From NCBI RefSeq assembly GCF_009914755.1, contig NC_060932.1: a DNA stretch of 64,000 bases; one strand, 5' to 3'. Of this stretch, positions 48,640 to 64,000 are shown piece by piece; the stretch's first letter is position 1; each line of letters starts with the position of its first letter. A model generated the notes under the pieces. It saw only the letters and a program-made list of their open reading frames with translations. It had not been told where the DNA came from and searched no databases. Made by a program: the position numbers and the translations under genes. The stretch comes from the human T2T-CHM13v2.0 reference genome, Homo sapiens.

Positions 48640-48886
48640 GAAGGATCCAGTGTCTGTGACTGGTCATGAAGGTGTATCCCAGGGAAAGCTTTCACTCCAC
48701 TTCCTGACTTTGATAACAAAGAGTAACTTAGTTTTATTCACCAAGAAGCACTGAGATTGAGCCCTGTTCTTCATGTTCTCCCAGATTCTATGAAGTACTC
48801 TGTATCTTTTCAGTAACTTGCTATTTACTTTATATTGGCCAAAGTAGATTTCGGTTGTTTGCAATCAAAGAGAATGAACTAATACC
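48640..48886 (+). mobile_element. Old MaLR LTR (MLT1-like) 3' part
   Basis: Ends GATTTCGGTTGTTTGCAATCAAAGAGAATGAACTAATAC, resembling the MLT1 3' terminus. Left boundary uncertain. Confidence 0.55.
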
Positions 48887-49374
48887 ATGATGAAATGATA
48901 GGTAGATGATGGTTCAGAAAGCACAGAAATATGATGTTTCATCACTTGGTTGTCATAAACAACACCCACTTGACATGCTAGCCTGTGTCTCTACGAAGAA
49001 GCCACCTGGGAGATCTGGTCTAGAAAGCCATTTCAGGCATACATTGTTTAAATCATTCACCCTGAGAGAAAGGCCCAGTGGAAACAGCTTGCAATAACAC
49101 ATCCAGAATGACCTATTGGGCCATTTCTTACTTCCTTACCAGGATTTGTGCCTCCAGGAGCCATCTGGCTCTATGAAACCTGCCTGCCTACCTGCTGTAA
49201 ACTACCTCGGAGCCTGAACAATCTGAGTAAAGCTGTATTTATGAATACAGGCAAAGAAAGAAAAAGGTAATAGTTCTTGAATGAGGGTCAGGGATGGGAT
49301 TCCATAAAAAATATATTTGTGTCTCAAGAGCATATCTGCAGATATTGTAATTCCCTTCCTCCTCTATTCCTTTC

Positions 49375-49718
<344 letters not shown>

Positions 49719-50580
49719 TAGGTCACCAAGCTGGCCAAGGGAAGACCTCCCGGTATGGCGGCTCTGGTTATAAAGTGGGACAGGGTTACTTCAGAGCTGT
49801 CAGAGTCTTCAGAGATTGTGCAGCACCCACTCTGCACCCAGTAGGTGGAGACCCTGAAGCCCAGAAAGATGAGGCAGCCCCTGCGGCTGGCTCCCTCTGC
49901 CCTCCAGGCCCGTAGCAGCACCTCCTGCTGTGTTGGCCTCATGGTGGTCATGGTCCAGAGGTGTATCCTTGTGATGGGGCACTCTGCTCAATGTCACTGA
50001 GCAGGTAGATAGACATACATGACACACCCTAAAATATACAGAGTTGAGAAAAGGCCATGTTGGTCAAAAAGAAAGGTGCACCTACTGATGGCTGTCTCTC
50101 CTGTTCCCATGACATTAGCTAGACCCTACCAGGCACAGCTCCTGGAGGCACCTGTCATCAATCTGCCCTGAAATTTAAAAAAAATGGTCTGAGGCCTTGG
50201 TCAGTTCAGAGTATATCATTGCACTTATCTGAACACAAACAGACTGAAGGAGGTTATAGAGAAAGAAATATAACTTGAGTGTGCATTGAACTGGATTTAT
50301 AGGTGTGAGGTTAGAAGTAGAATCGTAAGAAGTTTGGTGGTTAGAGTTAATGGAGTGTTTCCTTGAGCTGATTTCCCCCCTGTAGTTGCAGGCTTTGCAT
50401 TGCTGGATATCATTTTATACTTTCTTGGTTTGAATGAAAGGTTTTTCCAATTTTGTCTACATTTGAATGCCAGAGTTGAGTTTCTGGTGAGGAAACGATG
50501 GTCAAGATTGGTAGTCATTGATGAAGCTGTCGTTAGAAAGGAAAACCAAGCCCAGAGCCACTCCAGCAAGACCTATCTTT

Positions 50581-51886
50581 TATGGATTTATTTATTATTT
50601 TTTAAAATTTATTCTAAAATTATGGGATACATGTGTAGAACATGCAGATTTGTTACATAGGTATATGTGTGCCATGGTGGTTTGCTGCACCTATTACTCA
50701 TCTTCTAAGTTCCCTTCCCTCACCCCTCACCCCCCAACAGGCCCTGGTGTGCGTTGTTCCCTTCCCTATGTCCATGTATTCTCAAAGTTCAACTCCCACT
50801 TATGAGTGATAACATGTGGCATTTGGTTTTCTGTTCCTGTGTTAGTTTGCTGAGGATGGTGGCTTCCAGCTCCATCCATGTCTCTGCAAAGGACATGATC
50901 TCATTCCTTTTTATGGCTGCATAGTATTCCATGGTGTATATGTACCACATTTTCTTTATCAGTCTATCATTGATGAGCATTTGGGTTGGTTTCATGTCTT
51001 TGCTATTTTAAATAGTGCTGCAATAAACATACATGTGCATGTGTCTTTATGGCAGAATGATTTCTATTCCTTTGGGTATATACCCAGTAAAGGGGTTGCT
51101 GATTCAAATGGTATTTCTGGTTCTAGATCCTTGAGGAATCACCATACTGTCTTCCACAATGGTTGAACTAATTTACACTCCCACCAGCAGTGTAAAAGCA
51201 TTCCTATTTCTCTACAGCCTCACCAGCATCTATTGTTTCCTGACTTTTTAATAATCACCATTCTGACTGGTGTGAGATGGTATCTCATTGTGGTTTTGAT
51301 TTGTGTTTCTCTGAGGATCATTGATATTGAGCTTTTTTTCCACGTTTGTTGGCTGTGTAAATGTCTTCTTTTGAGAAGTGTCTGTTCATATCCTTTGTCC
51401 ACTTTTTGATGGGGTTGTTTTTTTCTTGTAAATATGTTTAAGTTCCTTGTAAATTCTGGATATTAGACTTTTGTCAGATGGGTAGATTGGAAAAATTTTC
51501 TCTCATTCTGTAGGTTGCCTGTTCACTCTGATGATAGTTTCTTTTGCTGTGCAGAAGCTCTTTAGTTTAATTTGATCCCATTTGTCAATTTTGGCTTTCG
51601 TTGCAATTGCTTTTGGCATTTTTGTCATGGAGTCCTTGCCCATGCCTATGTACTGAATGGTATTGCCTAGGGTTTCTTCTAGGGTTTTTATGGTTTTGGG
51701 TTTTACATTTAAGTCTTTAATCCATCTTGAATTAATTTTTGTATAAGGTGTAAGGAAGGAGTTCAGTTTCAGTTTTCTGAATATTGCTAGCCAGTTTTCC
51801 CAGCATCATTTATTAAATAGGGAATCCTTTCACCATTGCTTGTTTTTGTTAGATCAGATGGTTGTAGATGTGTGGTGTTATTTCTG
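50581..51886 (-). mobile_element. LINE-1 (L1PA), 5'-truncated ~1.3-kb copy
   Basis: Reverse L1PA 3'UTR and ORF2 C-terminus (ORF track WYIYTMEYYAAIKRNE); 12-bp TSD AAGACCTATCTT at 50568 and 51887. Confidence 0.95.
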
Positions 51887-54800
51887 AAGACCTATCTTAT
51901 TGTATATTGATATTAAGGCAAAAATACAGCATGTGCTACAGCCGTAGTTAAAAAAGAGGAAAACCAGTCACTCCTCTGGGTTTTCCCAAATTGTTATGCT
52001 CACAGGCTTCCGTGAGATGTGTCCTTCTTCCCCAGTGTCTCCGCTATGACTCCCAGCCCTGCCTTTGTGGGTGCCCAGCTGCTCCCAGGAAAAGCTGGGC
52101 AAGTCCTTCTGTCTGCATTCACACCTGGGACCCCTTCCTATGCCCTGCTGTGGCTGTGAGTCTTATTTCCTAGTGAGTCGCTATTGCAAGGAAATGTTCA
52201 GAGGATTTTTAGGTGCTGCTATTTGTGTTTTGACCTGGTTTGTGGAATGATATTGCTTAAATCATTTCTAGATTAGCTTCAAACACTGTTAGAATCACAG
52301 TCCATGAGGAGTTGTGTCTGATCTGGTTGCAGTATATAAAGAATTAGTAAAAAGTCTGTTCCCAGATACTATGTTGAGTTCCACAGAGAAGGGCTTCCTC
52401 ACATAGATCTGCATGAGGTGTTATGTTCCTATCAAGATATTTAAGATGCTTTGACTTCTAAAAGAATAACTGGCTTTTTTTTAAAATCTCTCTGGGGGAA
52501 TTTTCTCATCTTTTCTACTCCCTGCTTAAGTTAAAAACCACTATGAAGAGCTCTGAAGTTTATAAAGGTTTTGACTCTTAAAATCTGCTGGTCTTGATGT
52601 GAAAAGTGCTAAATGATATGGAATGAAACTGCTGGCTGTGCCTGGTGTTGCAGCCAGGCATTTTATTGTTCATTCAAGGAGACAGCTGTGCGGTCTGAGG
52701 TCAGCGAGGGAAGATGGCCTGGGTCTGTGAGGGTGCTGTGGGCTGCTGGCTTCTGAACATGCTTGGCCATGATCTGGAGTCCAGCATTCCCAGAGGGAAC
52801 GGAGCCTACAGGGTCACGTTTAAACACCACAATGGAATTGAAACTTTTCCTTTAGGCTATTTAATTTGTATGTAATAAAAGCTATATTGCTTCTTGTTAA
52901 ACCTGCATGAAAACAAGTTAAATTTCCCAGAAAACCTCATAAGGGATGGAGGTAGTGAAGGGACCTTGGAGATGGATGAGCAGATGTGAGCATGTGGCAT
53001 ACTCATGTTCCTGCTGGGACCCTGAGGGCTCCTCTCAGGGGCTCCCTACTCCCAGTGTGGACACTGGGTCTTCTTCCTGCCACCTGTGAAGCCCACACGG
53101 TCACATGTAAATCACCGGACAATTTCCCTTGGGTGCCTTGAGATTTCCCTACTGTGGATAAAGTGTTCTGTTTCTTGGGTGGAAGGAGCCCCACTCACTC
53201 TCTGGGGCAGCCAGGCTGCCGGGTACAGCTGCCCCCAGTGCTTTCTGCCCACTGCAGATGTTAGGTGAATCAAGATAATTAAAACCTGAATTACAGGATG
53301 CTTGTTCTCAGCTCAGACCAGGAGCTTTATTCAGATTTCATTTGCTGAGACACCTCTTGTGCCCCAGACATTGCCCTAGTGCAGCTGCATTCCATCCTCA
53401 GCAAGCTCAGCAAGGTAGATGTGGTTATGTCCACTACACAGGCAAGGCAAAGGAGGCAGAGAGGCTAGGCAGGCTGACCATGTGTCTCGCTTAAGAAGTG
53501 GTGAAGACAGGACCTAAATGCCAGTCTCCTTGGCTAAACGTTATACTTTTCCTCCCAAAGTGCACTGCCTCTCACAGATGGTGGAGGAGGGTGCAGAAGG
53601 GGCTCACGTGGCCAAATGGCCATGGCCATAGGAGGTCTGTGTGTTCCCAAACCTCTACCAACCCTGTCCCCCATCATTTAAAGTGATGATCATGATACCA
53701 ACATTCTTAGTGGGCAGTAGTGCAAAGTCAGAGAAATAAGAAATAAGATGACTAATGTGAGAAAAGCCGGGGTGGTGTCTGGACAGGGGATGAGTCATTT
53801 ATGCTCCACATCAGGTGGCTTGGAAACCATCACCCGCACACACTGCTGCTACTTTATGTTGGTGTGTGCAGCTGGCGTCTAAAGACTTCCTGCAGGTAGT
53901 CTTCCTGCAGCGGCTGCCCACCTGGCCCTGCTGTGCACCCTGTGCCTATGTGAAGCTTGGAGTCTAGCCTCACGCAGCCCGAGACTCCCAGGCTGCTTCA
54001 TCCCCCATCTGCTGGAGAACCTGTTGCAGCCACAGAAATCTGAATCACTTGAGAAGCTTGTGTGATGGGCCTTGTTGCCTCACAGCTGCCTTTTTCCCGT
54101 GCTTCTCTCACCTGGGATGGATCAGCCCTTGAGTCTTCTCATGGCAAAGGTGAATGAAGCCTGGTTTTTCGCAGTTATCATCCTCTGACTTTATCATCCC
54201 CAAGGAAATGATCTAGGAAAGAGTGAGTACTTAATGATAAGAAAACTCACCATGTTTTATGATAGAGAAAAGCCCAGACCGCTTTTCGAAGTTGAATTTG
54301 CTACAGAAAAAGCATGGAAGGAAGAAGAAATAAGGTACACACAAACCTTGCCTGCTCTGCCCCAGAACTACAGGCCCTGGTGGGGCCTGCTCCCTGTCGC
54401 CAGCAAAGTTGCTGAGAGAGCACACGCCAGCCACGGTGGTGAAGTCATAGAAATGCTATGCCCCCACAGGCCACAGGAATTGTGGAAAGATTTGTGTAAA
54501 TATCTCATGCATTCTTGTGATCTAAGCTTTATGGAAATAAAAACCACAATCAAAAAGCCAATGCCACATTTATTCCACCTCCTTCCTTTTCTCCTGTAGA
54601 ATAAATTCATAGAACAGTTTATGGAGCAGCCAAGAAAATACGTTATTTCAATTTTATTACCAGGAAGACATGCACCTAAGTGCTCAGCAAGACTAACCTA
54701 AACAGGGTCCATTTCGGAAGAAGATGAGCAGATGCTGCTGGGCATCCCCTTAGTCATGAAGACAAGAGTGGCTCTCGCAGAGGCCACCCCACAGCCCCTG

Positions 54801-57377
54801 TGTCCAGATGGGCTTGGTAGTTACCAGTACTCAGAGAACTTCCAGCTTCCTTTCCTCTTCTCTCCTTTCTTAACTTTGTGGTGGATATTGGAGTTGGGAC
54901 GTCTCACACACTCAGAGCACAGCTGGGATGTTCAACTTGCTGAAGCTTCCCTGGCACCAAGTTTAAAGAAACCACCGAGGAGCACATGGTTTCCCACACA
55001 GGCTCCTGGTGGGGCATGCCCTCACCAGGATTCCAGCAGCAGACCCCCAGGAGTCCTGGCCTGAGAGTGAGGAGGGGCCCTCTCTGGAGAGGAGCTGTGG
55101 ACCCATGCTCACATCCATCCTTCCCACTTACCATAACACAGCAGGGAAGTCAGTGTCATGAGAACACATTTCCACCCTAAGTTTTTAAATGCACCATGCT
55201 AAAATTTTCTTTGAATTCTTGCCCCAATTTTTCTGACTTGTAATGTGAAACAACAGACTACTTCCTGCTTCTCTCTGCCCTCCTTTTCCCCACTCACATT
55301 CCAGTTATGTGTGTCACCCATATATTGAATGGACTTAGGAAAGTGCAAAGCAGGAAACAATCCAATTTTAATTAATCAATTGATGTTTTCTTCATTGCTC
55401 TTGAGGAGATCTCAGGCAGAAATCATAGTTTTCCTATTTACTTCTAACTATTCAAAGTCAAGCCTGAATTAAATCCTAACTTTGATCTCTCATCTAATTG
55501 AAAGTGTCTCCCCTCCCTGACCCCATCTCAGTCCTTATCTAGCCTGGGGACCTGGCACTGGAAAGGAGAACATTTCTTCACCCTTTCCTTCTACTCTGGA
55601 GTTAGGGGCTGGGAAGGAGGAGAGTAGGTGGCAGGAAGGTCTCATTTGTCTAGTGCAGTTATTATTTGACATTGTTACCTCTCCAGGGGCTCAGAAGCTG
55701 CCTTTTCCTTACCCATTTCAGAAGGAGACACTTGCGTGGTCTACCTGACCACTTCAACCAACTCTCAGCTTTTGCTGTAATAGCAGCACTGTGGAATGTT
55801 GCTCATGGAGATATGGGCCATTACTTGCCCTGTCAGTAGAAGTGCAGGTCCTGCTCTAGACTGTTCTCCTTGCTCTGCTGTCAGGGCAGATTAGGTAACC
55901 TATCATGGTTAGACTTTTTTCAACAAGAAGTAGTCACAACTGTCCAATTCCCCAAGACCTCTCTGACAGGCCTTTCATGTTGCCACAGGGCCTGTGAAGT
56001 GCCCTTATTTGGCTTGAGGTACGTGTGTCTTGAGCACGAATATCATAGAACCCCTTCCTCCCCATTAAAACAAAAACTCTTCTGAAAAATCCCCTCTCAG
56101 CAAGGCAGGTTAGGAAAATGGCAGAGGAAGCATAGGCAGCTCCTGCCCCGCCACAGAAATGTCAAAAACAAGCGGAAACTGTGAGAACTCTGGAAAACAG
56201 TCAAAGGTTTACAGTAACCAAAAGAATGCTGAATCAAGGAAAAGACAACTTTAAAAAAATGGGAGGAAAACTTTGTGGCATTTTTGTTTGCTCTTATTCC
56301 ACCCCCTTTCCAGCTTGGCAGCAGTTTTGAGGAAGTCAGCTTGCATTCCCAGGGTGGAATTCTGGTCTCTGACTCTAGGAATCCTATTTACAAATTTTTG
56401 TATTTGCCTGTTCTCACCTGTCTGAGGGCTACCTGAAGGACTGACACAAGATGCTTGTCTCTGTTTTGGCTCACTCAGAAATGATTTGGGGTAGAAAAGC
56501 AGTGGGCATTGCCCCAAAACACTGTGTGGCAAACAAATAATCCATAACCTCCTGGGCAAAAGATTACAATTAAGACATGTAATTGAATATTTAAGTTTCC
56601 CTGAGAGGGAAAGATAGAGTTTCTTCATGAAATTAAAAGCATTTAAAAGTACCCACGTATACTGCGGAATTTAGAAAGCAACATGTACACCCAGGGCAGG
56701 ACACATGCACTGAAAAGACTTGAGATTTAAAGGTTTGACTTCTGGCTGATCTGTAGGTTCAGTTCCAGCACAAAATGAAGGCTGAGGCAGAGTTGTAAAC
56801 AGATCAGTTAAATGTTGAAAGAGTGACCCAGCACAGTCAATTTGCAAAGATGAGGAGAGATCTTTTGTTTGTTTTAAATTTTTCAGTTATGGGCATTCAA
56901 GGAAATCTCTATCAAAATACTGGCTGAAAATAAGCTAAAGAAACAGAGCCTTCATTGACCACACATGACAAGAAATACAGTCTTTGAAACAAAATAGTTT
57001 GACAAACTCAATGCACAAATAGATTACAGATTATTGCAGCCTTCAATCAATAAATAGCAAACCCTAAAGGAGAAGAATAATTTGATTTCTAGAGTTGCCA
57101 TATTATTATATAAAATTTCCAGTTTTTAACCAAAAGGTTGCACATAAAAAGAAATAGTTAAATGTGGCCCATTCAAATGAATAAAATAAATGGACAGAAA
57201 CCATCTCTGAGGAAGTCAAACCACTGGAGCTATTAGAAAGAGATTTAAGTCATCTGTCTTAAAAATGCTGAAAGAGCTAAAGGGAACCATAAACAAAGAA
57301 CTAATGGAAACCAGAACAATGCTGTATGAACAAATTGAGAATATCAATAAAGGCATAGGAATTACAAAAGGGAACTA

Positions 57378-57853
<476 letters not shown>

Positions 57854-59508
57854 CTAAGGGACTTGTAGAACACCATTAAGCAAACCAACATATGCATTAT
57901 GGGCATCCAAGAAGAAGAAAAGACAGAGAAAGAAGAGGGCAGCAAGAATATTTGAAGACAGAAGGGCTGGACATATCCCAAATTAGATAAAAGATATGAA
58001 TCTACAAATCCAAGAAGCACAACACATTCCAAATAAGATATATTTGAAGAGATCCACATTAGACATGGTATATAATTGTTGAATGCCAAAAAAAAAAATC
58101 TTGAAAATAGAAGGAGGGAGTGACTTGTCAAATAGAAGAGATCCCCAGTAAGATTACTAGTAGACTTCTAGTTGCTAACCAGAAACCATGAAGGGCAAAA
58201 GGCAGGGAGATGACATTTAAAGTCAAATGAAAGAAAAAGACTGTCAACCAAGAATTCTATATTTGGCAAAATTATCTTTCAAAATTCAGGGAGAGATTAA
58301 GACATTCCCAGATAAACAAAAGCTGAGGGAGTTTGCCACCAATAGACCTGTCTTATAAGAAATGCTAAAGGAGTGAAATGATAAAACACTAGTCAGTGAC
58401 TTGAAACCACATGAAGCAATAAATATCTCCAGGAAAGGTAAATACATAGGCAAATATAAAAACCAGCATAATTATATTTTAGGTTTTCAATTCCACTTTT
58501 AATTTCTTACATGATTTAACAGACAAGTGCATAGAATAATTATAAATATGTATTAGTGGGCATACAATGTATACAAATCTAATTTGTGATGACAACAACA
58601 ACATAAATGGGCAGCAGTTGAGCTGTACAGGAGCAGAATTTTTACATGCTATTGAAGTTAAGTTGCTATAAATTAAATTAAAACTAAATTATATATCACT
58701 TAGATGTTAATTATATTTTCTATGGTAACAAAAAAATCTAAAGAATATACATAAAAGAAAATGAGAAGGGTATCAAAATGGTTTACTACACAAAATTACA
58801 AATAAAAGAAGATAATAATGGGGGAAATGAGAGACAAAAAAGGCATAAAGAAAACAATAGCAAAATGTCAGAAGTAAGTATTTCCTTATTAGTAAGTCCT
58901 TCCTTCCCTACATTCAATTACATAAAAGGTAGATGGATTAAACTTTCCATTTCAAAAGGCAGGTATTGACAAAATGGATTAAAAAAATTTGCTGTCTATG
59001 AGACAATTCAGATCCAAAGATCCAAAAACACAATGAATTGAAAGTGAAAAGATGGAAAAGCTACTCTATGCAAATAGTAACCAAAAGAAAGTAAGGGTAG
59101 CTATATTAATATCAGACAAAATAGACTTTCATCCAAAAACAAAGAGGGACATTATATATTGATAAATAGTCAATTCATCATGAAGTAGCAATTATAAACA
59201 TACATGTATCAAATTAGAGCCCCAAATTACATGGATAGAAATGAAGGGAGAAAGAGACAGTTCACAATAATAGTTGAAGACTTCAGTATCCCCCTTTAAG
59301 TAATGAATGGAATATCTACACAGAAGATCAACAAGAAAGTAGAGGGCTTGAATAACTATAAACCAAGTAGACCTAAGAGACATATATGGAATGCTTTGTC
59401 AAACCATAGCAGAATACTCATTCTTCTCAAGTGCACAGAGCATGCTCTTGAACAGACCACAAGTTAGGCCATAAAACCATCCTCAGTAAATTTAAAAATA
59501 TTGAAGTT

Positions 59509-59838
<330 letters not shown>

Positions 59839-62800
59839 TCATACAAAGTATCCTTTCCAAACACAGTAGGATAAAACTAGAAATCAATATCAGAGGCCAA
59901 ATCTGAAAAATTCACAAATATGTGGAAATTAAGCACGGTCTTAAACAACCAGGGGGTCAAAGAACAAATCATAAGGGAAATTAAAAGATACTTTGAGATG
60001 AATAAAAGTGAGACTGTAACATACAAAAACTTGTAGTGCGCAGTAAAGATCAGAGGGAAATATATAATCCTGAACGCATACATTAAAAAAGAAGAAAGAT
60101 AGAAAATCAATAACCTGACTTTATACTTAAAGGTACTAGAAAAAGAAGAGCAGACTAAACCCAAGGCTAGCCAGAAAAATGATATAGTAAAGATTGGATC
60201 CAAACCAAATAAAATAGACAATAGAAACCAACAGAAAGACTTAATGACACCAAGAGTTGGTTCTTTGAAAAGATCAACAAAATTGGCAAACTAATAGCTA
60301 GATGTACATGAAAGGAGAAGATACAAATAACTAAAATTAGAAATGAAAATGGGGACTTTACTACTGATCTTGCAGAAATAAAAAGGATTATAAGAGCATA
60401 CTATGAATAATTGTATGCCAACCAATTAGATGACCTAAGTGAATTGAACAAATTCCTAAAGACATACGAATAATCAAAACTGATTCAAGAAGAAATAGAA
60501 AATCTTGAGATACCTATAAACGAGTACAACAATTGAATCAGTAGTAGGAAAATTTTCCACCAAAGAAAAGTCCAGGGTCAGATGGGTTTATCGGTAAATT
60601 TTAGCAAGCATTTAAAGAAGAACACCAATCTTTCTCAAACTCCTCTAAAATATGAGAGAGGAAACATTTATTAACTGATTCTATGATGCTAGCATATTTT
60701 TTATACCAAACCCAGATAAAAACATCACAAGAAAAGTACAGAACAATGTCCCTTTTGAATAGAAATGCAGATATCCTAAACAAAATACAAGTAAACTGAA
60801 TCTAACAGCATACTAAAAGGATTATACACCATGATCAAGTGGGATCTATTCCAAAAATGCAAAAGTAGTTCAACATAGTAAAATCAATCAATGAACTATA
60901 CCACATAATTAGAACAAAGGGGAAAATGCATAATATTGTCACAACTGATGCAGAAAATGCATGTGACACAACTTAATACCCTTCATAATAAAAATTCTCA
61001 TTAAAGTAGGAATATAAAGAAATTTCCTCAATGATATAAAGAACATCTATGAAACACCCACAGATAACATCACATCAATGGTGAAAGACGGAAAACTTTC
61101 CCACTCAAGAACAACACAAGGATGCCCATTTTCACCATTGTTATTCAATATTGTATTGACAATTCTAGGCACAGCAATCAAGCAAGAAAAAAAGATGTCC
61201 ACACTGGAAAAGGAAAGCTATCTCTATTTTCACAGAGAGGTATTTTCTACATATACATACACATGTATTTTCTACATATACATTCTATATGTAGAAAATA
61301 CCAAAGAATTCTTAAGAAAGCTACTAGATCTAATAAGTGAATTCAACAAATTTGCAGGGTATAAAATTAACACACAAAAAGCAGTTGTGTTTCTGTATAC
61401 CCCCAATGAAAAATACAAAAAGGAAATTTAAAAAATCCATTTACAATAGCATCCAAAAGGTAAAATACCTAGGAGTAAATTTAACCAAGTAAGTGAAAGA
61501 CTTGTACACTGAAAACTACAAAACATTGCTGAAAGAAATTAAAGAGAAGGTCTAAATAAGTGGAAAAGAAATCCATATTCATGGACTGGAAGACAATATT
61601 GTTAAGACATCAATTCTATCCAAAGAAAACTACAGATTAAATGCAATCACTATTAAGATTTTAATAACATTTGTGAAGAAATGGAGAAGTTGACCCTCAA
61701 ATTCGTATGGATTTTCAGTGAGCCCCAAATAGCCAAAGCAATCCTGAAAAAGAAGAGCAAAGTTGGAGAACTCACACATCCCCATTTGAAAAGTGCTACA
61801 TACAACAGTAACCAAAACAATGTGGTACTTGCATAAGGATAGACTTATCAATCAAGGAAATAGAATTGAGAGCCCAGAAACAAACCATTTGTGGTCAATT
61901 GAGTTTTAACAAGGGTGTCAAGACTTTCAATGGGGAAAGAATAGTCTCTTTAACAAGTGGTGCTAGGTCAACTGGCTATGCACATGCAAAAGAATGAAGT
62001 TGGACCCCTTCTTCACATCATATACAAAATTAACTCAAAATAGATCAATGGCCTGAATATAAGAACTAAACTCATAAAATTCCTAGAAGGATACATAGGG
62101 ATATAGCTTCGTGATCTTAGATTTGACAATGGATTTTTAGATATGACACAAAAAGCATGTACAAAAAATAAAAACTAGATAAACTGGGCTTTATATGTAT
62201 TTAAAAAATGTGCATCAAAGGACATTATCCTTTGATGTGAAAAGACAACCTATGAAATAGGAGAAATATTTGGAAATCATGCATCTGACAGGCATCTGGT
62301 ATCCAGGATACATAAAGAACTCTTACAACTCAACAACAGAAGACAATTCAATTGAAAAATGGGCAAAAGAGTTTCTGCAAAGGAGATACATAAATGGCCA
62401 ACAAACACCAGAAAAGATGCTCAATGTCATTAGTCAATAGAGAAATGAAAATCAAAACTACAATGAGTTACCATTTCATACCCATTACAATGGTGATAAT
62501 TAAAAAATAGAAAATAAAAGTGTTGACAAGGATGTGGAAAAATTAGAACCCTTGTGCTCTGCTGGTGGGGATGTAAAATGATTCAACCTCTGTGGAAAAC
62601 AGTGTGGTGGTTCTTAAAAAGTTAAACATAGAGTTAATGTATGACCCCACAATTTAACTTCTAAGTATATACCCCAAAGAATTGAAAACAGGTACAGAAA
62701 CAAGTACCTGTAACATGCATTTTCATAGTAGCATTATTCACATAAGCCAAAAGGGGGAAACCACCCAAGTCCGCCTACCAACAGAAGAATGGACAAACAA

Positions 62801-63731
62801 ATTGTGACATAGTTATACAATGAAATATTATTCAACCACAAAAAGTAATAAAATACAGCTACATGATACAATGTGGATGCACCTTGAAAACATTATGCTA
62901 AGGGAAAGAGCCAGACATGATAATTTACAATCCCATTTATATGAAATAGACAAATCCATAGAGACAGAACTCACATTGGTGACTTTCAGAGGCTGAGAGG
63001 AGGGGGAAATAAGGAGAAACTGCTTAATGGGTAAGGGGTTTTACCTTGGAGTAATGGAAATGTTTTGGATCTAGAGAGAGGTGGTGGTTGTGCAGTGTGT
63101 ACTAAATGCCACCTAATTGTTCACTTTAAAATGATTTAACAAAATCCCCTCCCAATCTACTGCTTCCACTTGGAGCCTTCCCTTAGGCTGGGAGTGGACG
63201 GTGACCAAGTGTCCCAGAACAGGTGCTGTTCTACCTCTAAGAGAGTCTGTTGTTTTTCTTTAGAGAGCGTGACCAGTGCTGTTCACCTGGGGCCTTGGTG
63301 AATGATCCTGTTACTGTGCTCTGTGATCTGTGTTGAGGCTCCCAAGCAGGGGCTCCACTCTCCAGAGGGAGGTGTGTGGCAGAGTGGAGCCTGTGACTAT
63401 CAGTGAAATGGGATGTGATGTGCTCCTTGGTCTCTCAAACAAATCTTACACTCTTTCAACTAATCGAATAACATAATCCAAGCCAGGGCCAGCACCATAG
63501 CCTGATTTTGCAAGATCACATGAAAAATTGGATATTACATGATAATAGGTCTTAGGAGTGTTAAAGGAATAGAGGCTTCAGAGGGCTTCTCCAGCATCCA
63601 CACATCCCAGTTTCCTGTCTTTTATATATGGGGAAACTGAGGCTCAGGCATATTAAAAATATGCCTGGAATCTACAGAGACAGAAAGAAGATTAGTGGTT
63701 GCCTAGGGTTGGGGTGATTGATTGTAAATAG

Positions 63732-64000
<269 letters not shown>

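Noticed and set aside
54234-54599. 121-aa ATG-initiated ORF in unique sequence
   Set aside because: No recognisable domain or exon context; length is within chance expectation for 64 kb.

Overview
This is primate (most likely human) non-coding genomic DNA, rich in interspersed repeats. It contains three L1PA copies, three old L1M copies (one near full length with its target-site duplication preserved), 16 Alu copies or fragments, MaLR LTRs, hAT DNA transposons (MER1B, MER63, MER58-like) and MIR/L2 remnants. No intact protein-coding gene is supportable. The only gene-derived sequence is a full-length processed pseudogene of ribosomal protein L29 (about 30374-31035) with 5'TOP, premature stop, frameshift, poly(A) and TSD. 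Two CpG islands without coding exons (about 25.7-26.9 kb and 42.1-43.3 kb) are the best candidates for function (enhancer or lncRNA promoter). A strong 3' splice site and an AATAAA just downstream of the second island suggest a possible short spliced lncRNA. Smaller signals include three quasi-palindrome (template-switch-like) mutations inside L1 fossils, a 144-bp templated duplication within an old L1, a closely spaced inverted Alu pair, and a possible short L1 3' transduction. I found no convincing new multi-gene system. Repeat subfamily calls are by eye and approximate.
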